Virus record (IMG/VR): IMGVR_UViG_3300017742_004322
Location: 1 to 64,000 of that record
Reading direction: 5' to 3' (one strand)
DNA from: a virus
Length of the DNA: 64,000 bases
Translations under genes and position numbers: made by a program
In this document: positions 28,280 to 40,311 of the stretch, piece by piece
How the letters are laid out: the number at the start of each line of letters is the position of its first letter
Position numbering within the stretch: the first letter of the stretch is position 1
The notes under the pieces: generated by a model
The model's database searches: none
Seen by the model: the letters and a program-made list of their open reading frames with translations, nothing else
What the model was told of the DNA's origin: nothing

Positions 28280-29061
28280 TATGTGTTAGTTTTACTATAC
28301 CCTTCATCTATATTAGCACACGTAATATGGTCTATAAATAAAGCAGGTTTATATTTACCTTCTATCATTTCTTCTCTAATTCTTAACCACCAATCAGCAT
28401 CTCCCACAGAACTTTTTCCAGTTTCTTCTAAACAATCTCTCATTCTTAACTTAATTAACCTACAATCTAAACAAACTGAGGTTTTAAGGAAAATACATTC
28501 ATAAGGAAAGCAAGCATACCCGTTAAAACCATAATTTAATTTAATAGGATTATCTACATTAACACGTAATTGTTCGAATTTTTCAGATTCATACCCATGG
28601 TAAGGTATACCTACACTTATTCCATTAGAAACTTCATAAAATCCTCTAGTAAAGATAAATGGGGATTTAGTTTTTTTAATTCCTTCATTTATTAATTGTA
28701 AATGGTCAGGATACCAAAGATCATCATGATCTAATAGAGCTATATAATCAAAACCTTCTTCTAAAGCACGTTCTATACCTATGTTTACAGGGGTAATTCC
28801 ACTAACATGCCATCTATCAGTGCCTGGAGGGTATTTTTCACGTTCTATACTTACTGGGAGGTTTTCTGTATAAATTTTATTAGAAGGTAGAAGATTAGAA
28901 AAAGAATTAAATTCATTTTGATCTGCATAAGCATCTCCTATAAGGAAAAACTTCCAATCAGTGTGGGCTTGTTTTTTTAAAGATTCAATAGCTCGAGTTA
29001 ATACTAATGGGGTATTACCGTCACCTCGTTGATAAGTAGCTGTTACAACTGCTATTTTCAT
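28279..29061 (-). CDS. Glycosyltransferase family 2
   Basis: VVTATYQR and LDHDDLW motifs. Confidence 0.85.
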   Translation of the reverse strand: MKIAVVTATYQRGDGNTPLVLTRAIESLKKQAHTDWKFFLIGDAYADQNEFNSFSNLLPSNKIYTENLPVSIEREKYPPGTDRWHVSGITPVNIGIERALEEGFDYIALLDHDDLWYPDHLQLINEGIKKTKSPFIFTRGFYEVSNGISVGIPYHGYESEKFEQLRVNVDNPIKLNYGFNGYACFPYECIFLKTSVCLDCRLIKLRMRDCLEETGKSSVGDADWWLRIREEMIEGKYKPALFIDHITCANIDEGYSKTNT

Positions 29062-29669
29062 ATCATATCGTAATTAAACCTTTTAAAATCTTCTTCATAT
29101 AACGTATTAATTAGATTAATATTTTTCGAAGATAAATTATTTAAAATTTGGTTACTATTAGTTTTATTATCATGTTGGCCTTTATATTTTATAGCAATAT
29201 TATATTTAGTTAGAAAGTTAGTAAAATCTTCTTTAAAGTTTTCTACTTTACCTATAAAGTCATAATCACAATCAAAATAAAAACTTTGAGGTAATTTATG
29301 TGATGAGTCTAGTTTTGAGATAAAACTTACTAAAAAATTTTCAAATTCTCTATTAGTAAATTTATTATCAAATTTAGGTTTATAATAATTCTGTTTTAAA
29401 TTCCAATTAAATAAAGAAATAGTTCTAGAATAAGGATTTCTAACAAAGGTAAACTTAATCATTTTAGAAAAGTCTATATTAGTATAATACTTATTAAGTA
29501 AACTATAATTTAAATGTTGGGGGGCAAAATTACCCTCATCTAAAACTAATTCACTTCCTGACCATAAGCTGCTAGGATTACTATACATAGAGAAAATATT
29601 TTCAATAGTTGTACCAGCATTTTTAGGAATATGGATAAATAGTAAATTATATTTTTGGTTTATAGGCAT
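29058..29669 (-). CDS. Sulfotransferase family 2
   Basis: FIHIPKNAGTT, FVRNPYSR..S and Y..DF..F.Y motifs. Confidence 0.9.
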   Translation of the reverse strand: MPINQKYNLLFIHIPKNAGTTIENIFSMYSNPSSLWSGSELVLDEGNFAPQHLNYSLLNKYYTNIDFSKMIKFTFVRNPYSRTISLFNWNLKQNYYKPKFDNKFTNREFENFLVSFISKLDSSHKLPQSFYFDCDYDFIGKVENFKEDFTNFLTKYNIAIKYKGQHDNKTNSNQILNNLSSKNINLINTLYEEDFKRFNYDMI

Positions 29670-30109
29670 TATTTATAGTTTACTACATAATCGCTACAAA
29701 CCCCAAATGTTTTTTCATTTGGTTCTTGATTAAAGGTTTCAGGCATTACTAAAACCGCTCGTTCACATTGGTTTGTTGACCAAATATACCCTTTTGAAGT
29801 TAAAACTCCAAGGTCACCTTCATGAAAAAAATAATTTAATTTAGAGCCATTACTATCTAAGTTATTTAATTGAGAAAGAGATTCTAAGTTTTTACAATGA
29901 ATCCAGAGTTTAGTATAAAAATTACTAAATAAATCAAAAGGAAAATCATATTGAGGTTCATCATGACCCAATTTAAATTTCCCATCTACAAACCAAATAT
30001 CAATTTCTACGTCATACCCAGCTTGGATAGCTTCATAAATATAATCTGGGTGGTTTTCTCTTTCTGGATTAGGACCTTCTAGGTTTCCTCTATGTGATAT
30101 TAATTTCAT
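29669..30109 (-). CDS. GDPD/PLC-like phosphodiesterase-fold protein
   Basis: ISHRGN, VEID, LGHD and WIHCKN motifs. Confidence 0.75.
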   Translation of the reverse strand: MKLISHRGNLEGPNPERENHPDYIYEAIQAGYDVEIDIWFVDGKFKLGHDEPQYDFPFDLFSNFYTKLWIHCKNLESLSQLNNLDSNGSKLNYFFHEGDLGVLTSKGYIWSTNQCERAVLVMPETFNQEPNEKTFGVCSDYVVNYK

Positions 30110-31191
30110 AATTCTATATTTTTAAAACCTTCGTTGGTTATAACGTTGATTCCTATTGCTCTATCAGTATGTGCTACATTTAATTTATCGTTAATTAAAA
30201 CGCGTTGTCCACTAGTAACTCCCATAATTAATATGTCCCAACATAACCCTAACATTTGTAAATGGGATTCAGTCATTTCACGAGCAGATTCTTTACGAGC
30301 AGTACACAAAATAATTTTATGGCCTTGAGAATCCCATTGATTAAATTTCTCTCTAACATCTGGAAGTAATACAGGTTTAGTATCTTTTAAATCACTAAAT
30401 CTATGAGCGTGTTTTACTAAGGTACCATCTATATCACAGAATATAGTTTTAGGTTTTTCAGTATGGAATTCTTTTACTTTACCCTCATAAATTTTTAGAT
30501 CATAGGGAGTACCTAATGGAATATATTCATTAGCTGAGATATGATAGTTTTTAATATTAGCTCCTTTATAAAGTAAGTAGTTATATGTTTCTGATATATA
30601 ACATTCAGGTCTGCCTTCTTCTTCAAAATCCCCTAAGAGCATTTCAGCTGTTTCTACAAACATATACCCTTCTCTCCAATAGTGGACTCCAATTAAAGCT
30701 ATATCTGATACTGCTTTCTTTTCAACTAGTTTTACAACTTGATCATCTTCTACTATAGCAAAACTATTTTTAGGATTAGTAGAAGGGTAGGTAACTATTA
30801 CTCCTTCAATAGTAGGGTTAGAAATAAATTCATTAAATTTAGAAGCATCCCAATCTGTAATTTGGTCACAATTAGTAATAATAAGAGGTTCATTATTATT
30901 AATATATTGTTTAGCTGCTAAAGCAGTTTCAGTAGCACCCTTAGTAGGTTCGTTTAATTGGATTTCAATACTATTAGGTTGAATTTCATTTAAACGTTTA
31001 GTTAAAAGTACATTATGCTCAGGGTTATCATATTTACGAGTTATAAAAATATATTTTCCTTGAACCCCTAATGTTGAAATTGAATGTTCAATAAGTGTTT
31101 TACCATTAGTTTCAATTAATGGTTTAGGTAATGTAAAACCTTCATTAAAAAATCGAGTTCCTAAACCCGCCATTGGTATAACTATATTCAT
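30106..31191 (-). CDS. Sugar-phosphate nucleotidyltransferase fused to a C-terminal HAD phosphatase
   Basis: IPMAGLGTRF..PKPLI, NCDQ and LGTP; then DIDGTL, TAR and NDK. Confidence 0.85.
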   Translation of the reverse strand: MNIVIPMAGLGTRFFNEGFTLPKPLIETNGKTLIEHSISTLGVQGKYIFITRKYDNPEHNVLLTKRLNEIQPNSIEIQLNEPTKGATETALAAKQYINNNEPLIITNCDQITDWDASKFNEFISNPTIEGVIVTYPSTNPKNSFAIVEDDQVVKLVEKKAVSDIALIGVHYWREGYMFVETAEMLLGDFEEEGRPECYISETYNYLLYKGANIKNYHISANEYIPLGTPYDLKIYEGKVKEFHTEKPKTIFCDIDGTLVKHAHRFSDLKDTKPVLLPDVREKFNQWDSQGHKIILCTARKESAREMTESHLQMLGLCWDILIMGVTSGQRVLINDKLNVAHTDRAIGINVITNEGFKNIEL

Positions 31192-31511
31192 TCTACTATA
31201 TATTTATCTCCTTTTACACTTGCTGTTTTAACACAGACTATTTCACAATCTGTTAAGAATTCAGGAACAGCTATTTCCTCTGGGTGTAGTATGAATATAT
31301 CACCTTCTTTTAGGTGAGTCCCACTTAGATTCATATTACCGCGAACTAGATAGTTAATTTCTGTAGCTATTTTATGATAATGATTATCCCATACTTCTCC
31401 TTTAGGGTGGGTTTTATAACTTACTTCAAAATCTTTAGTTTTATAAGCTGTAGGTTCAAAATCACCTACAAACCAACCACCAACCATATCTTTTAGTTTT
31501 AAAATATCCAT
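31188..31511 (-). CDS. Small cupin-domain protein
   Basis: GWFVGDF and HYHK..TE motifs. Confidence 0.7.
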   Translation of the reverse strand: MDILKLKDMVGGWFVGDFEPTAYKTKDFEVSYKTHPKGEVWDNHYHKIATEINYLVRGNMNLSGTHLKEGDIFILHPEEIAVPEFLTDCEIVCVKTASVKGDKYIVE

Positions 31512-32878
31512 TATTTATAATTTTCTAAAAAATACTTTAAATCTTCAGGAGTACCTAATCCCCGCATTTTGGGAATATTAAAGGTTATAATTTTTTTGTT
31601 GTCTTGAATAGCTTCATTATATACGGGGCAAACGTAAAATTCACCATTTACTCTAATATTATTATTAATCATTTGTTCAGCATATTTAACAAAATCAGAA
31701 CCATGTTTCCAATAATAAAAACCTACTGTTGCTAAATCAGATATAGGGTTTTTTTCTGCAACTTCTGTTACAAATCCTTGATCATCAGTTTTGGCAAATG
31801 ACCATTTTGGATGAGTTGATTTAAATGTAACAATTCCCCCATCAACTTCAGTTTCATTCATTTTATAAAAAAATTCATTTGAATCCCATTCTACAAATTG
31901 ATCTGAGTTAGCAAAGAATAAGGGTGAATTGTTATCAATAAAATTTTTAGCTAATAATGCGGTACACGCTGCTCCCTCAGTTAATTCATCAACTTCTACA
32001 ACTTTACAATTTGGTGTAACTAAATTAAGTAAAGTATCTAAATTATATTTTAATCTATGTTCTTTTTGTACTATGTAAATAAAGTTAGCTTTAATATTTA
32101 AATTTTCAGCTACTACTTGGATCATTGGTTTTCCTTGAACATCAATAAGAGGTTTTGGGAAGGTATACCCTGCTTGCGTAAATCTAGAACCAGCACCCGC
32201 CATTGGAATTAATACATTTAGTTTATTATCTCTCCATGCTGGGGATTTCATAATTTGGCCTTTTTCTATTTCTGTTAATTTATTAAAAATATTATCATAA
32301 GTAACATCCTGAGGTTTAGTAACTCTTAATACATGAGATTTAGAACGAGATGCTGCTAACAAACCATAAGGTGAATCTTCTACGATTAATGTCTCCTCAG
32401 GTAAACAACTCATCATTGATATTGCTTTCCAGTACATTTCAGGGTGAGGTTTGGAATTTTTTACATCTTCATTAGATATAACTAAATCCATAAACTCCAT
32501 TATCCCTAATTTAGATAGAACTGTTAATACAGTTTTTCGTATTGAATTAGAACATACAGCAATTTTATAACCACACTCAACTAGAGAATTCATTACAGAT
32601 TGTAATGTTTCATCCGGCTGAAGTTCTTTAAGCATTTGAAGTGTATATTTTTGTTTACTTTCCCAAATTTTAGAATGTAATTCTGTAGGTAAACCCTTAC
32701 GTTCAGTAAGCATTTCTAATTTTTGGTTAGTCTTTAACCCATCATAAACTGATAGATGTTCATTCCAACTAATAGTATAGTCTTTACCTAACGCCTGGTT
32801 TAGAGCATCATAATGGATGGTTTTAGCTTCAACTAAAACACCATCTAAATCAAATATAACTAATTTTATTTTTTCCAT
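31511..32878 (-). CDS. HAD phosphatase fused to a C-terminal sugar-phosphate nucleotidyltransferase
   Basis: FDLDGVL, KPHP and EDS; then IPMAGAGSRF..PKPLI, NSDQ and LGTPEDL. Confidence 0.88.
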   Translation of the reverse strand: MEKIKLVIFDLDGVLVEAKTIHYDALNQALGKDYTISWNEHLSVYDGLKTNQKLEMLTERKGLPTELHSKIWESKQKYTLQMLKELQPDETLQSVMNSLVECGYKIAVCSNSIRKTVLTVLSKLGIMEFMDLVISNEDVKNSKPHPEMYWKAISMMSCLPEETLIVEDSPYGLLAASRSKSHVLRVTKPQDVTYDNIFNKLTEIEKGQIMKSPAWRDNKLNVLIPMAGAGSRFTQAGYTFPKPLIDVQGKPMIQVVAENLNIKANFIYIVQKEHRLKYNLDTLLNLVTPNCKVVEVDELTEGAACTALLAKNFIDNNSPLFFANSDQFVEWDSNEFFYKMNETEVDGGIVTFKSTHPKWSFAKTDDQGFVTEVAEKNPISDLATVGFYYWKHGSDFVKYAEQMINNNIRVNGEFYVCPVYNEAIQDNKKIITFNIPKMRGLGTPEDLKYFLENYK

Positions 32879-33201
32879 AAACCACGCTCAACTAATTGAG
32901 CAATGATACCATAATTTACAATATCTTGGTAAGTATCTGTTAGAGGTTCGTTATTAATAACTTTATTAGTAATTAATAAATTTTTCCATCTACTAATTTT
33001 ATCACTTATTCTATACCAAAGTCCTGTAAGAGCAAAAGCCCTTTCTTCTTTAGTAGAAAGTAAAGTCCCAGCACTGATATTAGCCATACCATAGTCCAGA
33101 TGTTTTTTACTGAATAACTCCAGCTGCTCTTCCATGATATCCATATAACCATTGTAAATATGAGGATATTCTTTTTTAATAATTTCACTTGATTTCATCA
33201 T
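32866..33201 (-). CDS. Nucleotide-modification-associated domain 1 (DUF1599-like)
   Basis: K..DYG...R..DK..R..NL...E...DT..D..NY.II. Confidence 0.75.
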   Translation of the reverse strand: MMKSSEIIKKEYPHIYNGYMDIMEEQLELFSKKHLDYGMANISAGTLLSTKEERAFALTGLWYRISDKISRWKNLLITNKVINNEPLTDTYQDIVNYGIIAQLVERGLWKK

Positions 33202-33875
33202 TATCTATTATCTATATAAATTATTACTTCGTTATAATATTCAATAAAATGTTCATTCCATAAATCCCATTTAATGTCTACACCATTAACCGAATTAACC
33301 TCATGATTAGGAAATAATCTTAAATATGTATCTCTAAAAATCCTAAATTTTGATTTTAATTCTGGTGTTGATAGATGCCATTCACCTACTATTTTTTTTA
33401 TATTTTCTTTTACCCAAAAAATATTTTCAGGTTTAAAAATTTCATATTCTCCTCCTTCACAATCAGTTTTTACAAAATCAATTTTATTTAAATGATTAGA
33501 TTTTAAAAAAGTATCCCAAGTAATATTATTTTTATTATCAATACTAGACATAAATTTTTCAATAATAAAACAATTTGGAATTTGAGATGTATTCTCTTTT
33601 AAGAGAGGAAGAGATTTTTGAGAATCTGCACCGGGTTCAAAACAGTATATAGCTTGGGGTTTATTATTTCTAATACTCCAAGTAAAATCACCAATACCAG
33701 CACCTAAATCAATAACAATATCTCCTTCTTCAACCTCAAATATTTTTTCATATAATTTATTTACCCAAACTTCTTGGTATACCTGACGTCTAGCGTTAAT
33801 ATTTTCTATAGAGCCCCAATTAAAGCCTTCTTCTTTAACTATTTCCCATCCATTGGGGGTATTTAAATAATTCAT
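33201..33875 (-). CDS. FkbM-family methyltransferase
   Basis: IDLGAGIG, FEP and KTDCEGGE motifs. Confidence 0.85.
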   Translation of the reverse strand: MNYLNTPNGWEIVKEEGFNWGSIENINARRQVYQEVWVNKLYEKIFEVEEGDIVIDLGAGIGDFTWSIRNNKPQAIYCFEPGADSQKSLPLLKENTSQIPNCFIIEKFMSSIDNKNNITWDTFLKSNHLNKIDFVKTDCEGGEYEIFKPENIFWVKENIKKIVGEWHLSTPELKSKFRIFRDTYLRLFPNHEVNSVNGVDIKWDLWNEHFIEYYNEVIIYIDNR

Positions 33876-33884
33876 ATAACTTGT

Positions 33885-34316
33885 TTATAATAATGCTTTT
33901 TTTATTAATTTTTCAGTTTCATCCTCTTCTACTCCCATTTTCCATAAAATACTTCTAACACTAATGCCTAAAATATCAATATAATAATCAGCTTCACCTA
34001 AGGAGCATTCATAATAATCAGCAACATATTCAGCTAGTTCTTGGTAATTTTTTTTATTTTGGTTTTTTACATATTTGAGGTAAACTTTCTTCTTTGGTAA
34101 CATTTCGCGATAGATGGAATAAATTTGTTTTTTGTTTTGTGGATTAATCTTTTGAACATAATTTACTATATCAATGTAGCCTATGTTCATAGATACATAT
34201 CTATGTATCATGTAAGAATTCCATTTATCCCACGATTCTTGCGAAATTTCTTCAGGAGCTGTTTTATAGAGAGTTATCTCATTCAACCACTCGAAGAGGG
34301 TTGTCACCTGTTTCAT
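33885..34316 (-). CDS. Clamp loader small subunit (T4 gp62-like)
   Basis: LF.WLN.I...K, YMI.RY.S and LPKKK..LKY patterns; near the AAA+ subunit. Confidence 0.7.
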   Translation of the reverse strand: MKQVTTLFEWLNEITLYKTAPEEISQESWDKWNSYMIHRYVSMNIGYIDIVNYVQKINPQNKKQIYSIYREMLPKKKVYLKYVKNQNKKNYQELAEYVADYYECSLGEADYYIDILGISVRSILWKMGVEEDETEKLIKKALL

Positions 34317-34711
34317 CTCTTAATTCTTTTGGTAGGGTTTCTTGAAAAATTTCACCATCAGCTGGGTTATAAAAGACTGGGATAGGCATAAAAGCGTCTT
34401 CAGGAGTACCTGCTACGAATTTAGAGATTTTCCTAATAACGAACCCTTGAGCCCATACTTTTCCATTTTTGTGTTCTACTGACTCTGTATTTTTAAGGTC
34501 AATATTTGGCATTTGTTGTTGATCCATGACTATTTGTTTTGTTTATAATCTAAATAAAATCCAATCGCTACTAAAATATTCATCCCTACACTAGCGATTA
34601 TCTCGTGTAAGTCTTGATATATATTTAAACTTAAATGAACGTGTCCTATCATCCAAAAAGGTATAGCCATATTTTGACTAATCCAAATTATAAGAAATTT
34701 TAGGAATTTTT

Positions 34712-35632
34712 TCATTTTAATTCAACTAATTTTTGTATGAGTGCCATACAGTTGATTTCTTTATCAATACGGAAGTTGGATTGGTAACTATATTCGTTGA
34801 TATAAATTGCAACCATTCCTTCACGACCACTTGCATATACATTAGCGTTATCATAAAGATAACGATAAAGCTCTTCAAAATCACTAACGTTTGCGTTAGC
34901 AATGATTTGACGAATTTCACGCCATTTTGGTTTTGCATTACTTAATTCTTTAAGTATTGATGTCATGTAATTAGATGACACTAATACTGATTTATCTATA
35001 ACTAATTTTTGGTTTTGGGTCGATAACTGTATTGTGTTAAGACATTTACGTAGATCTGGGTAGTATTGGTTTACAATGGTTTTTAGATCTTCCATTTCAT
35101 ACGCTGTATCTTCAGTTGTCATTACACTAGCGAGGTGTACTGCTACCTCTTTTTTACTAGGAGGGATAACTTTAAGTACTTGACAACGTGATTGAAGTGG
35201 ATCAATAATACGCTCAACATAATTACACGTCATAATAAAACGTGTAGTACGTGAAAATGTCTCAATTACATTTCGAAGTGAAGCTTGTGCCTGTATCGTA
35301 AGAAAATCTGCCTCATCCAAAATAACCACTTTGAGTGGTTTAAATGAAGCTGTTGAAGCAAACCCGGAAACCTTGTCTCTAATAGTTTCGATACCCCTTT
35401 CATCACTTGCGTTGATATAAAGGTAATCACAATCAAGGTTATTAACAATAAGCTTAGCCAGAGTCGTTTTACCTGTACCAGCGGGACCGTAGAAAATAAG
35501 GTTTTGGATATCATTTTGACCGAGATATTGTTTAATGGTCTTTTTGATGTGTTCATTTCCAACATAACTATCTAAATCTTTAGAACGATACTTTTCAACT
35601 AATAAAGTGTGATCTTTAGTCGCGGTCACCAT
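34712..35632 (-). CDS. Clamp loader AAA+ subunit (RFC/gp44-like)
   Basis: VEKYR, GPAGTGKT, NASDERG, DEAD and SRC motifs. Confidence 0.95.
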   Translation of the reverse strand: MVTATKDHTLLVEKYRSKDLDSYVGNEHIKKTIKQYLGQNDIQNLIFYGPAGTGKTTLAKLIVNNLDCDYLYINASDERGIETIRDKVSGFASTASFKPLKVVILDEADFLTIQAQASLRNVIETFSRTTRFIMTCNYVERIIDPLQSRCQVLKVIPPSKKEVAVHLASVMTTEDTAYEMEDLKTIVNQYYPDLRKCLNTIQLSTQNQKLVIDKSVLVSSNYMTSILKELSNAKPKWREIRQIIANANVSDFEELYRYLYDNANVYASGREGMVAIYINEYSYQSNFRIDKEINCMALIQKLVELK

Positions 35633-35872
35633 ATAGGTTATATTTTTTAACTGGAGGTGGTTTAATTTCTACCTCTTTATTACGTATAACATACAACTTA
35701 CTTTCTAGAGGAGCAAGTCTAAACTCAGCTTTTTCACCAGTTTTAGCAAACCAAGCTTCTAAAGCATCTGTAATTGTTTTATGGACTGTTGAATCATCAA
35801 CTAGAGACCACCTGTCACCAGGTGGAACTCTAATTGCGATTAGCTCATTATGTTCTTTGATTTCTTTTTTCA

Positions 35873-37785
<1,913 letters not shown>

Positions 37786-38086
37786 AATTTAATAATATTT
37801 TTAAGTTCGTGTGATTTTGCCTCAAAACGTTCTATAAATTCTCTTAATGAATCATAACTTTTGGATTTAACACTATCACGAGCAATTGCTTCAAGACATG
37901 CTCCTAATCTACCATAATGGCCAATAGTGTTTTGATATTCCTTACCTGACTCAGAAAATGAGGATTTTTGAGCAATGTAACAATGATCATCTAATTGAAT
38001 ATAATAAGGAGCTAATGCTGGATCCTTAATAAAACGTAAATTTGATTTGCTGGGTTTAGCCATAACTATTTTTTTATTTATTTAAT

Positions 38087-38119
38087 GTAAATATACGAAT
38101 AAAATTGCGCTAGGACACG
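38087..38119 (-). promoter_or_regulatory. Class 1 promoter (degenerate -33 box)
   Basis: TTCGTATATTTAC upstream of the ORF93-groES-groEL run. Confidence 0.6.
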
Positions 38120-38136
38120 CTTATTTTATATAACTT

Positions 38137-38553
38137 TTATTTGATTTTTATTGCTTTTGGTTTTGATTCTTCTGAAATTGGGATTAAAAGGTTTAATAAC
38201 CCATTCTCCATTTCCGCACTTATTTTAGTTAAGTTGTATTTTGGAGAGATTTTATATCCTAAATCAAATGATTTTTTTGATAAACCATGATAAATATAAC
38301 CTGAAAGATCTATATCTTCTTTTGGTTTTTCATAACTAATTTTAAGTAAATCTCCTTCAACACTAATATCAAGATCTTCTTTAGTAAGTCCTGTACAAGC
38401 GACTTCAAAGTGTAAACCTTCGTCGTTGTAATAAATGTTTAAAGGATGTGGTTGTTTTGAATTTAACGCCGGAGCGAATTGATCTTCAGAATTGAAGAAA
38501 TTCCTAAATAGGATGTCGAACGGTGAACGTTCTAAGTGTTCTAATGTACTCAT
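38137..38553 (-). CDS. Small heat-shock protein (Hsp20/IbpA family)
   Basis: P.NIY, YIYHGLS and AEMENGLL motifs. Confidence 0.92.
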   Translation of the reverse strand: MSTLEHLERSPFDILFRNFFNSEDQFAPALNSKQPHPLNIYYNDEGLHFEVACTGLTKEDLDISVEGDLLKISYEKPKEDIDLSGYIYHGLSKKSFDLGYKISPKYNLTKISAEMENGLLNLLIPISEESKPKAIKIK

Positions 38554-38642
38554 ATCATTTATTTTGTGAGTGCCTAAGCTACTCGATTAATTAAAAATAT
38601 AACAGCGCGCCCTAGCTACAATGTTATTTTAGTATACATATA

Positions 38643-39383
38643 TTAAATATCTGCCTTCCGCACAACATAATAATAACTGCTCCAATTTTCACCTTCAAAT
38701 TCAAATTTTACATACCCTTTAGTATTAACTTTCATAGTTGCTTTGGTAGCATCTTTATTATTATTAAGGATAGTTTTAAACATTGATGAATTGAAGGGTA
38801 ATTCAGTTCCATAAGGAACATCTTTTAATGTTGTATTAGGTACTTGATAATCGATTTTATTTGTGTGATTAGAGACATCACCAAATGATAAAACTAACAC
38901 ATCTTGTAAATCTAAATCTTTATCAATATTAATTATTACATTATCGCTTTCAAGTGCGTTATGGGCTTTAATAATAGCATTAATACTTTCTGAGTCTAAT
39001 TCACTAATAATTTCATATTCACCTGATTCTGTAATTTCACCTACACTTGAGATAAGTAATAAATCTGTTAGTGAAAAATTCAGAGTATAATTCATATCTG
39101 AGATGATGAGTTTAGTAAACACTTTTTGTGTTTTTTCTAACTCTAAAAATAATTCACCACTAGTAACCCCTAATAATTTATTTAATTTTGAGGTATCATA
39201 TACCGCCATTTCGCCATTTTCTAACGGGAAATTTGCGTGATTAACGCGTCCAATCATATCCTTATTAGGTGATTGGAAATCAATATTTAATGCGTTATTT
39301 TCAATAGTCCATTTAACAGATTCTACTAATCCATTTAAATGATATTTTCCAATAACTGATTGTAAGTCGTGTTTATTTATCAT
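38643..39383 (-). CDS. DNA sliding clamp (gp45/PCNA-like)
   Basis: 246 aa, alternating beta pattern, AVYD..KL..LL; located directly after the polymerase. Confidence 0.7.
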   Translation of the reverse strand: MINKHDLQSVIGKYHLNGLVESVKWTIENNALNIDFQSPNKDMIGRVNHANFPLENGEMAVYDTSKLNKLLGVTSGELFLELEKTQKVFTKLIISDMNYTLNFSLTDLLLISSVGEITESGEYEIISELDSESINAIIKAHNALESDNVIINIDKDLDLQDVLVLSFGDVSNHTNKIDYQVPNTTLKDVPYGTELPFNSSMFKTILNNNKDATKATMKVNTKGYVKFEFEGENWSSYYYVVRKADI

Positions 39384-39384
39384 A

Positions 39385-40311
39385 TTAAAAACTAAAAATT
39401 AGATTTCGGTAGGGGTTCATATTTAATTCCCATTCTAAATCGTTATAAAACCCTTGTAATTTACTTTCTAAAATAGACTCAAATGCTCTATTTTTATCAG
39501 CATATTTATCCAGTAATGTAATAATTTTTTCTGGGAGATCAAAATCTAAAAATGCAAGTGCATCAATTTTGTATGGATTTTCTTTAAAATAAATCCATTT
39601 AACTTTATCACCTTGAGTAATTTTAGAATGTTGTTTATCTAACTTCCAAAATGTAAGTAAATCATTATATTTAATTGCTGCTTTTACAGGAGCAGGAGCA
39701 CCTTGGTTGATTGAAGAAAACATTTCTCCGGGACGAGGAGATGATGCTAAATATTTATCTAATGTTTTTACACGAGTAGGGTTACCTAATATAGTAATAT
39801 TAGTATCTATAAGGATTTTAGTCCTAAAGTTTTTTAGTAGGGTATCTATTTCGTTTTGGGGAGCTCCTTTAATAACTCTTTGCAACACATCTTTAAAAAA
39901 GTCTCCAAATATTTTAGGATAATTGGATTTCATAAATTCTAATCCTTTAATATCTAAATCATCTGTTGGTACACCTTCTTTTTTAGTAATCCATTGAGCA
40001 TACCTACGGGTAGCTCTAAAATACCCAGCACGAATCATACACTCTGTTTTCATCTCAAGTCTATGTTTAGGGACATTAAATGCTTCTAATGCTAACGTAT
40101 CGTAAGACTTAGTAATTAAATCCTGATATTTAAGAGCAATATCCTCTAACTTTTCATCTCTTTCTTCCTCTGACATATTATCAAAGTTGGGATAGAGTTT
40201 TCTAAGCATAGGTTCTGCATTGTAATAATTAGAATCTGTATCTACATAAACGCAGTAATTTTCATCTTCTTTATCACAGATAAACCAAGGTGTACTTTCT
40301 AATTGCTTCAT
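39385..40311 (-). CDS. Family B DNA polymerase, C-terminal subunit
   Basis: Motif C YVDTDS, RRYA and KGLE. Confidence 0.9.
   Translation of the reverse strand: MKQLESTPWFICDKEDENYCVYVDTDSNYYNAEPMLRKLYPNFDNMSEEERDEKLEDIALKYQDLITKSYDTLALEAFNVPKHRLEMKTECMIRAGYFRATRRYAQWITKKEGVPTDDLDIKGLEFMKSNYPKIFGDFFKDVLQRVIKGAPQNEIDTLLKNFRTKILIDTNITILGNPTRVKTLDKYLASSPRPGEMFSSINQGAPAPVKAAIKYNDLLTFWKLDKQHSKITQGDKVKWIYFKENPYKIDALAFLDFDLPEKIITLLDKYADKNRAFESILESKLQGFYNDLEWELNMNPYRNLIFSF

Noticed and set aside
38545-38584. CIRCE operator upstream of hsp20 (TTAGGCACTC)
   Set aside because: Only one imperfect half-site, with no partner at 9-nt spacing.
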